Origin: Candidatus Omnitrophota bacterium
GTDB taxonomy: Bacteria > Omnitrophota > Gorgyraeia > Duberdicusellales > 4484-171
Assembly (NCBI GenBank): GCA_023819315.1
Contig: JAMWBQ010000002.1
Location: 1 to 43,539, forward strand
Direction: 5' to 3'
DNA: 43,539 nucleotides
A program made the position numbers and the translations under genes. This document shows positions 31,216 through 39,948 of this stretch, in pieces. Position 1 is the first letter of the stretch, and the number at the start of each line of letters is the position of its first letter. The notes under the pieces are model-generated. The model had not been told where the DNA came from. It searched no databases and saw only the letters and a program-made list of their open reading frames with translations.

Positions 31216-32937
31216 ATGGGAGAAGAAAAACCGTTAGAAAAAGATATTTTTTATCTTAAATTAGGTGAGATACTTATAAAATATGGAATTATTAACAACG
31301 AGCAATTGCACCATGTTTTAGATATACAAAAGAAGACAGGCAAAAAATTAGGAGAGATTTTAATAGAGGAGGGAATAGCTAATGAACAGATGATAACAGA
31401 AATATTAGCTCAACAACATAAACTTCCTATAATTGATCTTACCAAAGTAGAGCCAAAAGAAATTGTGTTTAACCTTTTTCCCCCTTCTTATCTTAAAAAA
31501 CATAATATAGCCCCTGTAGATGTGGATAGTGATTATGTAATAGTAGCGATAAATGACCCTTTAGATTTTGTAGTTCTACAGGAGTTAAAAAATATGAGTA
31601 ATTATAAGATAAGACCAGTTATGGCAAGTTTGAGCGATATAAAGAATTATTTAGATAAACACTTTGGGGACTTGCGTTCTGTAACAGAAGCAATAAAAGA
31701 GATTTCTACCAAGGATAGTTTAAAAGAGGAAGAGTTACCTTTGGAAGAATTAGAAGCTAAGGCTCAAGATGCTCCCATAGTTAAATTAGTTAATTCTGTA
31801 ATAATGGAGGCAGTGAAACAGAAAGCTTCCGATGTTCATTTTGAACCACAGAAAACAAAGTTACGTATTCGTTTTCGAGTAGATGGTATTCTTTACGAGA
31901 AGATGGTTGTGCCTAAAGAACTTCAGGCGGCAGTAATTTCTCGTATAAAGATTATTTCTGGTATGGATATCGCGGAGAGGAGGAAACCTCAGGATGGTAG
32001 AATTAGTTTAGGTAAAGATGCTCCTGATGTAGACGTAAGAGTATCTACCTTACCCGATATATTTGGTGAGAAAGTTGTGCTTAGATTATTGGATAAGAAG
32101 AGTATTCTAAGACCATTAGAAACGTTAGGGATGAATGAAGAGGAGTTGAGGATTGTTAAGAATCTTATTAGTAAACCTTACGGGATGATTTTGGTTACTG
32201 GTCCTACAGGTAGTGGTAAAACTACTACTTTATACTCTATACTTAATATTCTCAATGATGAGACTCGTAATATCGTTACTGTAGAGGATCCTGTAGAATA
32301 TGAATTAGAAGGGATTAATCAGACTTATATCAATGTGCGCGCCGGCTATACTTTTGCTACCGCTATAAGACATATTTTAAGACAGGACCCTGATGTGATA
32401 ATGGTAGGAGAGATAAGAGACACAGAAACAGCAGAAATTGCTATTCAATCAGCATTGACTGGTCATCTTGTACTTTCCACCCTTCATACTAACACGTCAG
32501 CGGGAGCAATTACAAGGCTTTTAGATATGAATATTGAGCCATTTTTAATAGGTTCAGCGGTTATAGGAGTAATAGCACAGAGATTAGTTCGCGAGCTATG
32601 TCCATTTTGTAAAGAGGAATATGTACCTACATCTTCGCTTTGGGAGTGGATTAATTCGTTACTTCCTGTTTCACAGACAGTTACGCTTGCCAAACCTAAA
32701 GGTTGTGATAAATGTTTTGGTATGGGATATAAAGGTAGGGTTGGTATATTTGAGATTTTTGCCATGGATGATTCTATAAGAGAGTTGGTATTAAAAAGAG
32801 CGACAGAATTAGAAATTGCAAAATTAGCAATTTCTAAAGGGATGGATATTTTAAAAATTTCCGGTTTGAAAAAAGCATTAGCCAAAATAACTTCTTTGGA
32901 AGAGGTTAGTCGTGTAGCTTTTGTGGAGGGTATATAA
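31216..32937 (+). CDS. pilB: Type IV pilus extension ATPase (PilB/GspE family) with N-terminal MshEN domain
   Basis: ASDVHFEP, RFRVDG, DIAERRKPQDGR, GPTGSGKTTT, TVEDPVE, LRQDPDVIMVGEIRD, TGHLVLSTLHTN, CPFC...CDKC Zn site. Confidence 0.92.
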   Translation: MGEEKPLEKDIFYLKLGEILIKYGIINNEQLHHVLDIQKKTGKKLGEILIEEGIANEQMITEILAQQHKLPIIDLTKVEPKEIVFNLFPPSYLKKHNIAPVDVDSDYVIVAINDPLDFVVLQELKNMSNYKIRPVMASLSDIKNYLDKHFGDLRSVTEAIKEISTKDSLKEEELPLEELEAKAQDAPIVKLVNSVIMEAVKQKASDVHFEPQKTKLRIRFRVDGILYEKMVVPKELQAAVISRIKIISGMDIAERRKPQDGRISLGKDAPDVDVRVSTLPDIFGEKVVLRLLDKKSILRPLETLGMNEEELRIVKNLISKPYGMILVTGPTGSGKTTTLYSILNILNDETRNIVTVEDPVEYELEGINQTYINVRAGYTFATAIRHILRQDPDVIMVGEIRDTETAEIAIQSALTGHLVLSTLHTNTSAGAITRLLDMNIEPFLIGSAVIGVIAQRLVRELCPFCKEEYVPTSSLWEWINSLLPVSQTVTLAKPKGCDKCFGMGYKGRVGIFEIFAMDDSIRELVLKRATELEIAKLAISKGMDILKISGLKKALAKITSLEEVSRVAFVEGI

Positions 32938-32938
32938 T

Positions 32939-34147
32939 ATGTCAATTTTTGTTTATAAAGTAAAAGATGAGACTGGTAGAGTATTTTCTGGTGTTGCTGA
33001 AGCAGAGGATATAAAATTATTGAAGAAACAACTAAGAGAAGCAGGTTACTATATTATAAATTTATCTCCTAAAAAAAGTAGAAGGAGTATTTTTTCTAAA
33101 CGAATAACCATGGATGATATTATTATTTTCACCCATCAACTTACATCTATATTAGAGGCAGGATTACCTATACTTAAATCTTTTGAGATTATTTGGAAAG
33201 AGACAGATAATCCTCAGATGCAAGTAGTAATCAGTCAAATACGTAATCGTCTTTCTACAGGAGCAAGTTTCTCCCAGGCGATCAATGAGTTCCCCGATGT
33301 TTTTCCTGTAATGTATCGAGCATTACTACCGGTAGCAGAGACAGGAGCTGGTTTTATACCTATATTGAAACGGATTTCAGAGTATCTTAATAACCAGAAA
33401 GAATTTATAGGTAAAATTAAGAAAGCTACTAGTTATCCTATGTTCGTTTTAGGATTTGCTATTTTGGTGGTTATACTTATGCTTGTAATAGTCGTTCCTA
33501 CATTTCAAAAAGTATTTGCCAAGATAAAAGTAGAACTACCTTATCTTACCCAACTTATTATTAAACTTTCTTTAATTATGCGTAGTTTTATTTTTTGGAT
33601 TATAGTAGGATTGGTTTTTTTAGGGATAATTATCCTTTACAAAAAATTATCTTCTCATCCCCAAGGTCGTCTTTTCCTTGACCGATTAAAATTAAAAATA
33701 CCTATATTTGGTAGGATTTTTTATATAGCATCATTGAGTAGATTGGTCCGTTCTTTGGGATTGCTCTTAGGTAGTGGTGTGCCTGTATCTCAGAGTATAG
33801 AGGTAGCAAAAGCTACGATATTAAATAAAGAGATAGAGAATCATTTGGTTTGGGTTGGGCAAAGAATTACTGAAGGAGAGTATCTTAGCGAAGCATTAAG
33901 AAGTACAAATATTTTCCCTTCCCTTCTCATCGAGATGGTAGCTGTGGGAGAACATAGTGGGTCTTTAGCAGAAATGCTTATAAAAGTTTCTCAGTATTTT
34001 GAGGAAGAGCTGGATAAAAGGATGAATAAATTTCTCTCTCTTCTCGAACCAGCATTAATTATTATTGTGGGAGGGATAGTTATGTTTGTCCTTTTGGCGA
34101 TTTATTTACCTATTTTTAAACTCTGGCAAGGTCTACCAAGAAGCTAA
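32939..34147 (+). CDS. pilC: Type IV pilus platform protein (PilC/GspF family)
   Basis: FTHQL..ILEAGLP, FP.VF, YP.FV, KLKIPIFG, GEHSGSL..ML, LLEPALIIIVG, AIYLPIF. Start moved to ATG 32939 after SD GGAGGG. Confidence 0.92.
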   Translation: MSIFVYKVKDETGRVFSGVAEAEDIKLLKKQLREAGYYIINLSPKKSRRSIFSKRITMDDIIIFTHQLTSILEAGLPILKSFEIIWKETDNPQMQVVISQIRNRLSTGASFSQAINEFPDVFPVMYRALLPVAETGAGFIPILKRISEYLNNQKEFIGKIKKATSYPMFVLGFAILVVILMLVIVVPTFQKVFAKIKVELPYLTQLIIKLSLIMRSFIFWIIVGLVFLGIIILYKKLSSHPQGRLFLDRLKLKIPIFGRIFYIASLSRLVRSLGLLLGSGVPVSQSIEVAKATILNKEIENHLVWVGQRITEGEYLSEALRSTNIFPSLLIEMVAVGEHSGSLAEMLIKVSQYFEEELDKRMNKFLSLLEPALIIIVGGIVMFVLLAIYLPIFKLWQGLPRS

Positions 34148-34157
34148 TAAATTATTA

Positions 34158-34186
34158 TTGCATTTATATATATTTTATGGTATAAA
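34158..34186 (+). promoter_or_regulatory. Sigma70-type internal promoter for the pilin gene
   Basis: TTGCAT (34158-34163), 17-nt spacer, TG-n-TATAAA (34181-34186), then strong SD GAGGAGGTGA. Confidence 0.55.
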
Positions 34187-34208
34187 TAATAAGAGGAGGT
34201 GATTAATT

Positions 34209-34559
34209 ATGAAAAGAGGTTTTACATTGGTAGAGTTATTAGTTGTTCTTGTTATCATAGGTGTTTTGATTGCCATAATTTTACCTAATACTTTGCGGGC
34301 AATTCGTCAAGCAAATACTAAGGAGTGTGCTTCTAATATTCGTGCTATTAACACAGCTATTCAGATGTGTTATACAGAAACAAGAAATTGGGCAAGTTGT
34401 GATACGATTGATGAGTTAACTGGAGGGGGATATTTAGAAGGAACACCTACCTGTCCTTTTGGTGTAGCGTACAATATTATAGGGGATGGTGCAAATGGAT
34501 ATCATGTAGATGAAAGTGCTCATTTTGCTGGCTGGCCACAAGCAGAGACACATAACTAA
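34209..34559 (+). CDS. Type IV pilin (probable major pilin)
   Basis: Class III signal peptide MKRG|FTLVELLVVLVIIGVLIAIILP with Glu5; 116 aa; four Cys; own promoter and strongest SD in the locus. Confidence 0.9.
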   Translation: MKRGFTLVELLVVLVIIGVLIAIILPNTLRAIRQANTKECASNIRAINTAIQMCYTETRNWASCDTIDELTGGGYLEGTPTCPFGVAYNIIGDGANGYHVDESAHFAGWPQAETHN

Positions 34560-34565
34560 GGATTG

Positions 34566-36047
34566 ATGTCAGAAGTTTTTTTAGGGTTAGGGTTAACCCA
34601 GCAGGAAATAATTTATGTTTATCTTGAAAAGATAAATAAAAAAAATTTTGTTTTCACTAAATGGGGTAGATTGGATATCCAATCTACCCTTTTTTCTCCC
34701 TCAGCTATTAACTCAGCTCTCCAACAAATTTTAGCTAAAGATAAATCTTATCCTCAAAAGATATTTATTTCTCTTCTTCGTAACGATATAGTTACTCACC
34801 AACTCGTTTTTCCCAAAATGTCCCATCAAGAGATGGAGGAAATTGTTCCTGGGGAAATTGAGAAGATACCTAATTTTTCCAATAAGGAGTTTGAATATAT
34901 CTATTTCCCTTACGAACCGACAGATAAGAAAATCAAAGTTATATTTGTAGCTATCCTTAAAGAGTTACTTAATTGTATTGTAGAAGGAATAAGACCGTTT
35001 TTAACTTCTATTTCCCTGGAGAGTATAGAAATATCACCCCTAAATTTTCTTAACGTTTTATATAGATTAGATAATCTTTCTGAAGGGATTTTGATAGTTT
35101 TGGATGATAAATGTAGTTATATTTTAATATTTTTGGATAATGAGTGTAAAATTTTTTATGTAAGTAACATAGGGAAATCTGAGTTGTATTTATCTAAAGA
35201 TGAGGAAAGAAAAGTTAATAGTATTGTTTTTTCAAATTGGCAGGAGGAATTGAGGCGATTGTTTAGAGCTTATAGTGTTGAATATAAACGCGATATCCCT
35301 CATAATGTTTGGTTAGTCTGGGATGATAAAGAGGATATACCTTTTGATAAATTATTAAACGAGGGATTAGGTAGCACAGTTAACAGATTAGATATAGAAC
35401 GATTATCTAACATTAAAGTTGAGGATAAAGAGTTGCTTAATCCTATCTACTGTATCGCTGTTAGTTCTTTAATTTCTTATATAAAAAACTATAAGAGTGA
35501 ATTTTCTTTTGAGAAATTGGTTTTACCGCTTAAATTTAAGAGAGAACTTAATAAACTGCTATTTTTATCTATTAGTTACATAATTATTATAGGTTTTCTT
35601 TTAGGTGGAATCATATTTATAAATTCTTTTCGTGAGAGAATTCTTACCAAAAAATTAAAAGAAATAAAGTCTGAAGTAGTTTTATTAGAAAGCAAAGCTA
35701 ATCAGCTAAGTGCAGAAATGAATGAACTTTTAGCTATTAAAGAGCGTTTACTCAATCAAGCTGAAGTAATAAGAGAGATTAATAGAATCTCATGGTCAAG
35801 AGTTTTTGGCGATATTGTGGAAAATTTACCTCAAGAGGTATCTCTAAATTCTTTTAAGGTAGCTAAATCGGGTAGGGTGGAGATAAAGGGAGAAACCTTA
35901 CAGATAGAGTCTGTAGCCCAGTTGATGCGGAATTTAGAAAATTCAAAAGTACTTACTGATCTAAAATTTGATTTTATGCGGAGTAAAGAGAAGGAAGGCA
36001 AGAGAACTTTTTCTTTTGGAATAATTGCGAGGTTGAAAGAAAGATGA
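34566..36047 (+). CDS. PilM-PilN fusion (GspL-like architecture)
   Basis: About 330-aa cytoplasmic PilM-like region, one TM helix (LLFLSISYIIIIGFLLGGIIFI), coiled coil, then PilN-type domain (ISWSRVFGDIVENLPQEVSL..VEIKG..VAQLMRNLENS). Start ATG 34566 or TTG 34563. Confidence 0.72.
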   Translation: MSEVFLGLGLTQQEIIYVYLEKINKKNFVFTKWGRLDIQSTLFSPSAINSALQQILAKDKSYPQKIFISLLRNDIVTHQLVFPKMSHQEMEEIVPGEIEKIPNFSNKEFEYIYFPYEPTDKKIKVIFVAILKELLNCIVEGIRPFLTSISLESIEISPLNFLNVLYRLDNLSEGILIVLDDKCSYILIFLDNECKIFYVSNIGKSELYLSKDEERKVNSIVFSNWQEELRRLFRAYSVEYKRDIPHNVWLVWDDKEDIPFDKLLNEGLGSTVNRLDIERLSNIKVEDKELLNPIYCIAVSSLISYIKNYKSEFSFEKLVLPLKFKRELNKLLFLSISYIIIIGFLLGGIIFINSFRERILTKKLKEIKSEVVLLESKANQLSAEMNELLAIKERLLNQAEVIREINRISWSRVFGDIVENLPQEVSLNSFKVAKSGRVEIKGETLQIESVAQLMRNLENSKVLTDLKFDFMRSKEKEGKRTFSFGIIARLKER

Positions 36048-36727
36048 GAATTATGAAAGGAGTAAGTATTTTTCGTATAAAGTTGTTAGGGGTAATAATA
36101 TGTATTTGTTACACTTTATTTCTTGGTTTTTTTGTAATAAAGAGTAGTTTAAGATGTAAAAGTATAGCTAACAAAGTAAGAGAAGAGGAGAATTTTCTCA
36201 ATGATTTTAGGGATGAAATTAAAAATTTTGAGGAGATTATATATAAGTTAAGGAAGGAGAAAGAAGAGTTTTCTCAGTATCTGTTTAGCGATAAAGATAT
36301 TGCTTCATTTTTAGAGAAGATTTCTTCTTTTGCTAAGGAAAGTAAAGTTAATATCATTAATATGCAGACAAAGAATTTTGAAAAGGTTGAAGAGGTGGAT
36401 AAAGAAGGAGTACTATCTCCTTTAGCAAAAGCAAAGGTATCAGCTAAGAAAGGTTCTCCTAATGATATGGGTAATCTTAAAGATAAGGATAAACGTAAGT
36501 CTTCTAAAGAAATTAGTGGCCCTATTATATCATTTTTGCCTATTGATATGAAGGTTGAAGGAACATTTCAAGATATTGTAAATTTTTTAATTTATTTAGA
36601 GAAATATCGTCAGCTCATCGCTTTACCTGAAATAGAAATAAGATTAAATAAATACCCCCTACTTACTTGTTCATTTGTATTAAATATTTATAGTCTTAGA
36701 GATTGGGAGGAAATAAAAAGAAAATGA
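36044..36727 (+). CDS. pilO: PilO/GspM-like alignment protein
   Basis: N-terminal TM, coiled coil, IASFLEKISSFAKES, LPIDMKVEGTFQDIVNFLIYLEKYRQLI; position after pilMN. Confidence 0.78.
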   Translation: MRIMKGVSIFRIKLLGVIICICYTLFLGFFVIKSSLRCKSIANKVREEENFLNDFRDEIKNFEEIIYKLRKEKEEFSQYLFSDKDIASFLEKISSFAKESKVNIINMQTKNFEKVEEVDKEGVLSPLAKAKVSAKKGSPNDMGNLKDKDKRKSSKEISGPIISFLPIDMKVEGTFQDIVNFLIYLEKYRQLIALPEIEIRLNKYPLLTCSFVLNIYSLRDWEEIKRK

Positions 36728-37167
36728 AAGTTTTTGTTTTATTATTCCTATTATTTTTTATAATCACTGATACGGGATGTAAAAAAGTAAATAAGACAAC
36801 CAGAGTTACCAAGAGAACAGATAAGAGAAGAATAGTTTATCTCTCAGAGACAGATGAACTGGTCAAATCGATTATGCGTCTTCAACCCTATGATTTTAAA
36901 TTTAGCCGTGACCCTTTTAAGCCATTATTAGGGGGGAGTTTAAGCAGATTAAATGTTAATATTGGAGACGAGATAAAGATTATAGGAGTAGTTAGATTAG
37001 AAGGTATCCCTTACGTTTTTATGGAGACTCCTTTTAAAAAGGGAGTATTTAAGAAAGGTGATGTTATTGGCGAATATACAATAGATGATATAGAGATAAA
37101 TAGGATAATTTTAAAGAAGGGAGATGAAAAGTTAGTGGTAAAATTAGGAGGGAATGATGAGGAGTAA
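36724..37167 (+). CDS. PilP-like lipoprotein
   Basis: MKVFVLLFLLFFIITDTGC lipoprotein-like signal, RDPFKP motif, C-terminal beta domain (KIIGVV..KKGDVIG..I..IE...IIL); ATGA overlap with the pilO stop; position before secretin. Confidence 0.7.
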   Translation: MKVFVLLFLLFFIITDTGCKKVNKTTRVTKRTDKRRIVYLSETDELVKSIMRLQPYDFKFSRDPFKPLLGGSLSRLNVNIGDEIKIIGVVRLEGIPYVFMETPFKKGVFKKGDVIGEYTIDDIEINRIILKKGDEKLVVKLGGNDEE

Positions 37168-38530
37168 GATTTGTGTTATTTTATTTATGATTTATATCTT
37201 AACTTTTTGTATATGTGTTTTTAGTAAGGATGAATTGAAAGAAGGGGAATTAATGAAAAAGAGTTCAGATATATCTAACGAGATTGAAACTTACCTTGAA
37301 GAAATTCGTCAACTTTCTCTACAGGGAAGGAAACAACCTTCTCAGCCAGAAATAATTTCTGGTTCAGAAAGGATTATTCAAGCTTACCTATCACCTCATA
37401 TAAAGGATAAAAAGATTGATTTAGAATTTAGTGATGCTAAGCTGGAAAATGTTCTAATAACTGTAGCTGAGGTGGCTGGTTTAAATTTAGTTATTGACCC
37501 TCTAATTAGGGAACAAAAAGTAGATTTACATTTAAAAGAGGTTCCTTTAGAGGATGCATTTAATATAATTTATAGTGCCTATGGATTAGCCTCCTATCAG
37601 GTGGGTAACTCCCTATTCATTTCTACAAAAGAAAATATTAGAAAACAGACAATTATGACCAAAGTGATAAAATTAGAAAACTTAAATGCCCAAGAAGCAA
37701 AAGAGATGATAAAAGATATTGCACGAACAGTTAATATTGGTGAAGAGACGAATACTTTAATCGTTATGGGTAATCCTGAGGAAATAAGTAAGATAGAGAG
37801 CATAATTGCAAAATTAGATAAACCTCAACCACAGGTTATTTTGGAAGCAAAAATTATTGAGATAGATAAGGATGCTTTAAAAGAAATTGGTATCGATTGG
37901 GCTAATTCAGTTACATTAAATCTTCAGGAAAGTCAACGCCAGAAAGCTCTATCCGACCCGGCAACTGCCTTAGAGACACCTTTTAAAATTTATCGCCTCT
38001 CACGCAATGCTATTCAATTTGATACAATTATTAAGATGTTGGAGAATAAAAATAAAGCCCATGTTTTATCTAGCCCAAGAGTAACCACCTTGAATAATAA
38101 AGAATCCACGATTTTTGTAGGTGATTTAGTTCCCTATACGGTTACTACCATTACCAGTGGAGCCACTACTACCGAGGTTAGATTCGCTGACCCGGGAATA
38201 AAACTAAAAATTACGCCTTCTATTATTGAGAATGATTTTGTAGTAATTAAAGTGGAGCCGGAGGTAAGTTATATCTATAGTTGGCGAGGTCCTAACGAAG
38301 AGTACCCCTGGATGAGAACAAGAAAGGCTACAGCTAATGTTAGGGTAAAAAATAACGAAACCTTTATAATGGGAGGTTTAATTACTAAAGAAGAAAGAGA
38401 GAATATTTATAGAGTACCATTCCTGGGTAATATTCCCATCTTGGGAGTACTTTTTTCTTACAAGAAAGATACAGTTATAGATAACGAATTGATAATTACT
38501 GTAACTCCTACCATTATCACCGGTAATTAG
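37154..38530 (+). CDS. pilQ: Secretin (PilQ/GspD family), short form without AMIN domains
   Basis: Signal peptide, N0 domain (IDLEFSDAKL..AEVAGLNLVID), LDKPQPQVILEAKIIE, LSSPRVTTLNN, GIKLKITP, MGGLI, VPFLGNIPILGVLF, ELIITVTP. Confidence 0.9.
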   Translation: MMRSKICVILFMIYILTFCICVFSKDELKEGELMKKSSDISNEIETYLEEIRQLSLQGRKQPSQPEIISGSERIIQAYLSPHIKDKKIDLEFSDAKLENVLITVAEVAGLNLVIDPLIREQKVDLHLKEVPLEDAFNIIYSAYGLASYQVGNSLFISTKENIRKQTIMTKVIKLENLNAQEAKEMIKDIARTVNIGEETNTLIVMGNPEEISKIESIIAKLDKPQPQVILEAKIIEIDKDALKEIGIDWANSVTLNLQESQRQKALSDPATALETPFKIYRLSRNAIQFDTIIKMLENKNKAHVLSSPRVTTLNNKESTIFVGDLVPYTVTTITSGATTTEVRFADPGIKLKITPSIIENDFVVIKVEPEVSYIYSWRGPNEEYPWMRTRKATANVRVKNNETFIMGGLITKEERENIYRVPFLGNIPILGVLFSYKKDTVIDNELIITVTPTIITGN

Positions 38531-38585
38531 TCTAATATGATTATTGGACAAAAATTATATCTAAAATTAGTTAAATGATTATTTG

Positions 38586-39329
38586 ATGATAGAGTATTTA
38601 ATTTTGGAGCAAAGAGAATCAAACCTTATAAGAGATTCTTCCCAGATAGTTTGTGATAATGATTTGTGGGAACACTGTCTTAAAGAGATATGTCTTTTAC
38701 GAGGGAAAGTTTATATGGAAGAAGGTCTCTACGATGAGAGTGTGTTAACTAAGGATGGCGAACTCAGAGAGGATTGTGATCTCTATTCTATCCATATCTC
38801 TGCTTTGGATAACGGTAAGGTAGTGGGGGTAGTTCGTATCACTCCCTTGCGTCAGGGAGAAGAGTTGGAACATATTGAGATAAATTATTTTTTTAAAAAA
38901 TTTAATTTACCCCGACATGCTCACACGTTTAATTATTTGCTTAACCAATTATTTACCAATAATAAAAGAGTAGCGGAGGTTTCTCGTTTAGCGGTTGATG
39001 AGGAGTATAGACGATTCAGGAATGTTCATAGCCAAGTTGGTATGGTTCTTATCACTATGTGCTATTCGTGGGGATTAGAGAACCAGATAACCGATGCTTT
39101 TATCATCCAGGGAAATAAATATTGCACTAGTGACATATACGAAAGATTAGGGTTTAGGATAGTTAGGGATATTGTAACAAAAATACCTTTAGAGCCATTT
39201 TTTGATGGTAGTGATATTTGTCAGCTTATGCATTTAGATTTAAATAACCCCACAGCTCTTTTTATTAAATTCGTAGATAGATTTAAACAAATTTATCAAT
39301 CGGCTAAAATAGTTAAACGCGCAAATTAG
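38586..39329 (+). CDS. GNAT-fold acyltransferase of LuxI/FeeM (acyl-ACP-dependent) type
   Basis: LRGKVYMEEG...DGELREDCDLYSIHI...GKVVGVVRITP and VAEVSRLAVDEEYR match the R..V(F/Y)..E.G / D..D / G..R..P / E.SR.(A/C)V pattern of AHL and N-acyl amino acid synthases; YERLGF is GNAT motif B. Start ATG 38586 or TTG 38583. Confidence 0.72.
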   Translation: MIEYLILEQRESNLIRDSSQIVCDNDLWEHCLKEICLLRGKVYMEEGLYDESVLTKDGELREDCDLYSIHISALDNGKVVGVVRITPLRQGEELEHIEINYFFKKFNLPRHAHTFNYLLNQLFTNNKRVAEVSRLAVDEEYRRFRNVHSQVGMVLITMCYSWGLENQITDAFIIQGNKYCTSDIYERLGFRIVRDIVTKIPLEPFFDGSDICQLMHLDLNNPTALFIKFVDRFKQIYQSAKIVKRAN

Positions 39330-39359
39330 ATTATTACAATCTATAGAAAGGAGTAAGCG

Positions 39360-39752
39360 ATGAATAATATAAAGAATCAAGAACGGAGGAAAAGTCCACG
39401 GTTTACTATATCTTTGCCAGTAAATTATAACTTTAATATTTTACCTAAACGTGGTAGTGTAAAAATACGAGCAAGGTCTAAAGATATAAGTAAAGATGGG
39501 ATCAGTTTTGTTTCTAGCAATCAACCACCAAAATCTTTCATAGATATCCAAATTGAATTATTACCCTCTCCCAAAAATAAGATAGTTAAGAGGGTATCTT
39601 ATAGCTTTATTAAAGCAAAAGTAAAAATACTTCATAGCCAACCAGTATCTAAAGAGGATATAGATATATTTTCTACTGGTGGATGTTTTGTTAAGATGAG
39701 TAAAAAAGATGCAAGTTTACTTAGAGAACTTTTAGAACAGTATCAAAAGTGA
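39360..39752 (+). CDS. Stand-alone PilZ-domain protein
   Basis: QERRKSPRF (RxxxR) and DISKDG (DxSxxG); C-terminal G..F..M...D..LL..LL; SD AAGGAG. Confidence 0.85.
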   Translation: MNNIKNQERRKSPRFTISLPVNYNFNILPKRGSVKIRARSKDISKDGISFVSSNQPPKSFIDIQIELLPSPKNKIVKRVSYSFIKAKVKILHSQPVSKEDIDIFSTGGCFVKMSKKDASLLRELLEQYQK

Positions 39753-39777
39753 GAGAGAAAGAAAAATCATTTTATAG

Positions 39778-39915
39778 ATGTCAAGGAAGATACATCCTGA
39801 TTGTGAAATAGATATAGATTACAATAGAGGAGATGCCTTCTTAATGTTAGCAAAGGTAACCTTAGGGGAATTGTTTTATAACCATATAGTGTGGTTAAAA
39901 GATAGAAAAATTTAA
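39778..39915 (+). CDS. Possible 45-aa ORF of unknown function
   Basis: MSRKIHPDCEIDIDYNRGDAFLMLAKVTLGELFYNHIVWLKDRKI* fills the gap between the PilZ and ACP genes; no clear SD. Confidence 0.3.
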   Translation: MSRKIHPDCEIDIDYNRGDAFLMLAKVTLGELFYNHIVWLKDRKI

Positions 39916-39948
39916 TTTTAATTAATAATGGATTAGGAAGGTAGAAAA

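Noticed and set aside
31216-38530. Canonical type II secretion system
   Set aside because: No GspHIJK pseudopilin set; gene order M/N-O-P-Q and a PilP-like lipoprotein fit type IV pili better. Not fully excluded given the GspL-like fusion.
38586-39752. Classical LuxI/LuxR quorum-sensing pair
   Set aside because: The neighbouring gene is PilZ, not LuxR, and LuxI-specific aromatic residues are not conserved.
39778-39915. Endonuclease III remnant (HPDCEIDIDY..DAFLML loosely echoes the Nth N-terminus)
   Set aside because: Resemblance is weak and the SAQ and HhH motifs do not follow.
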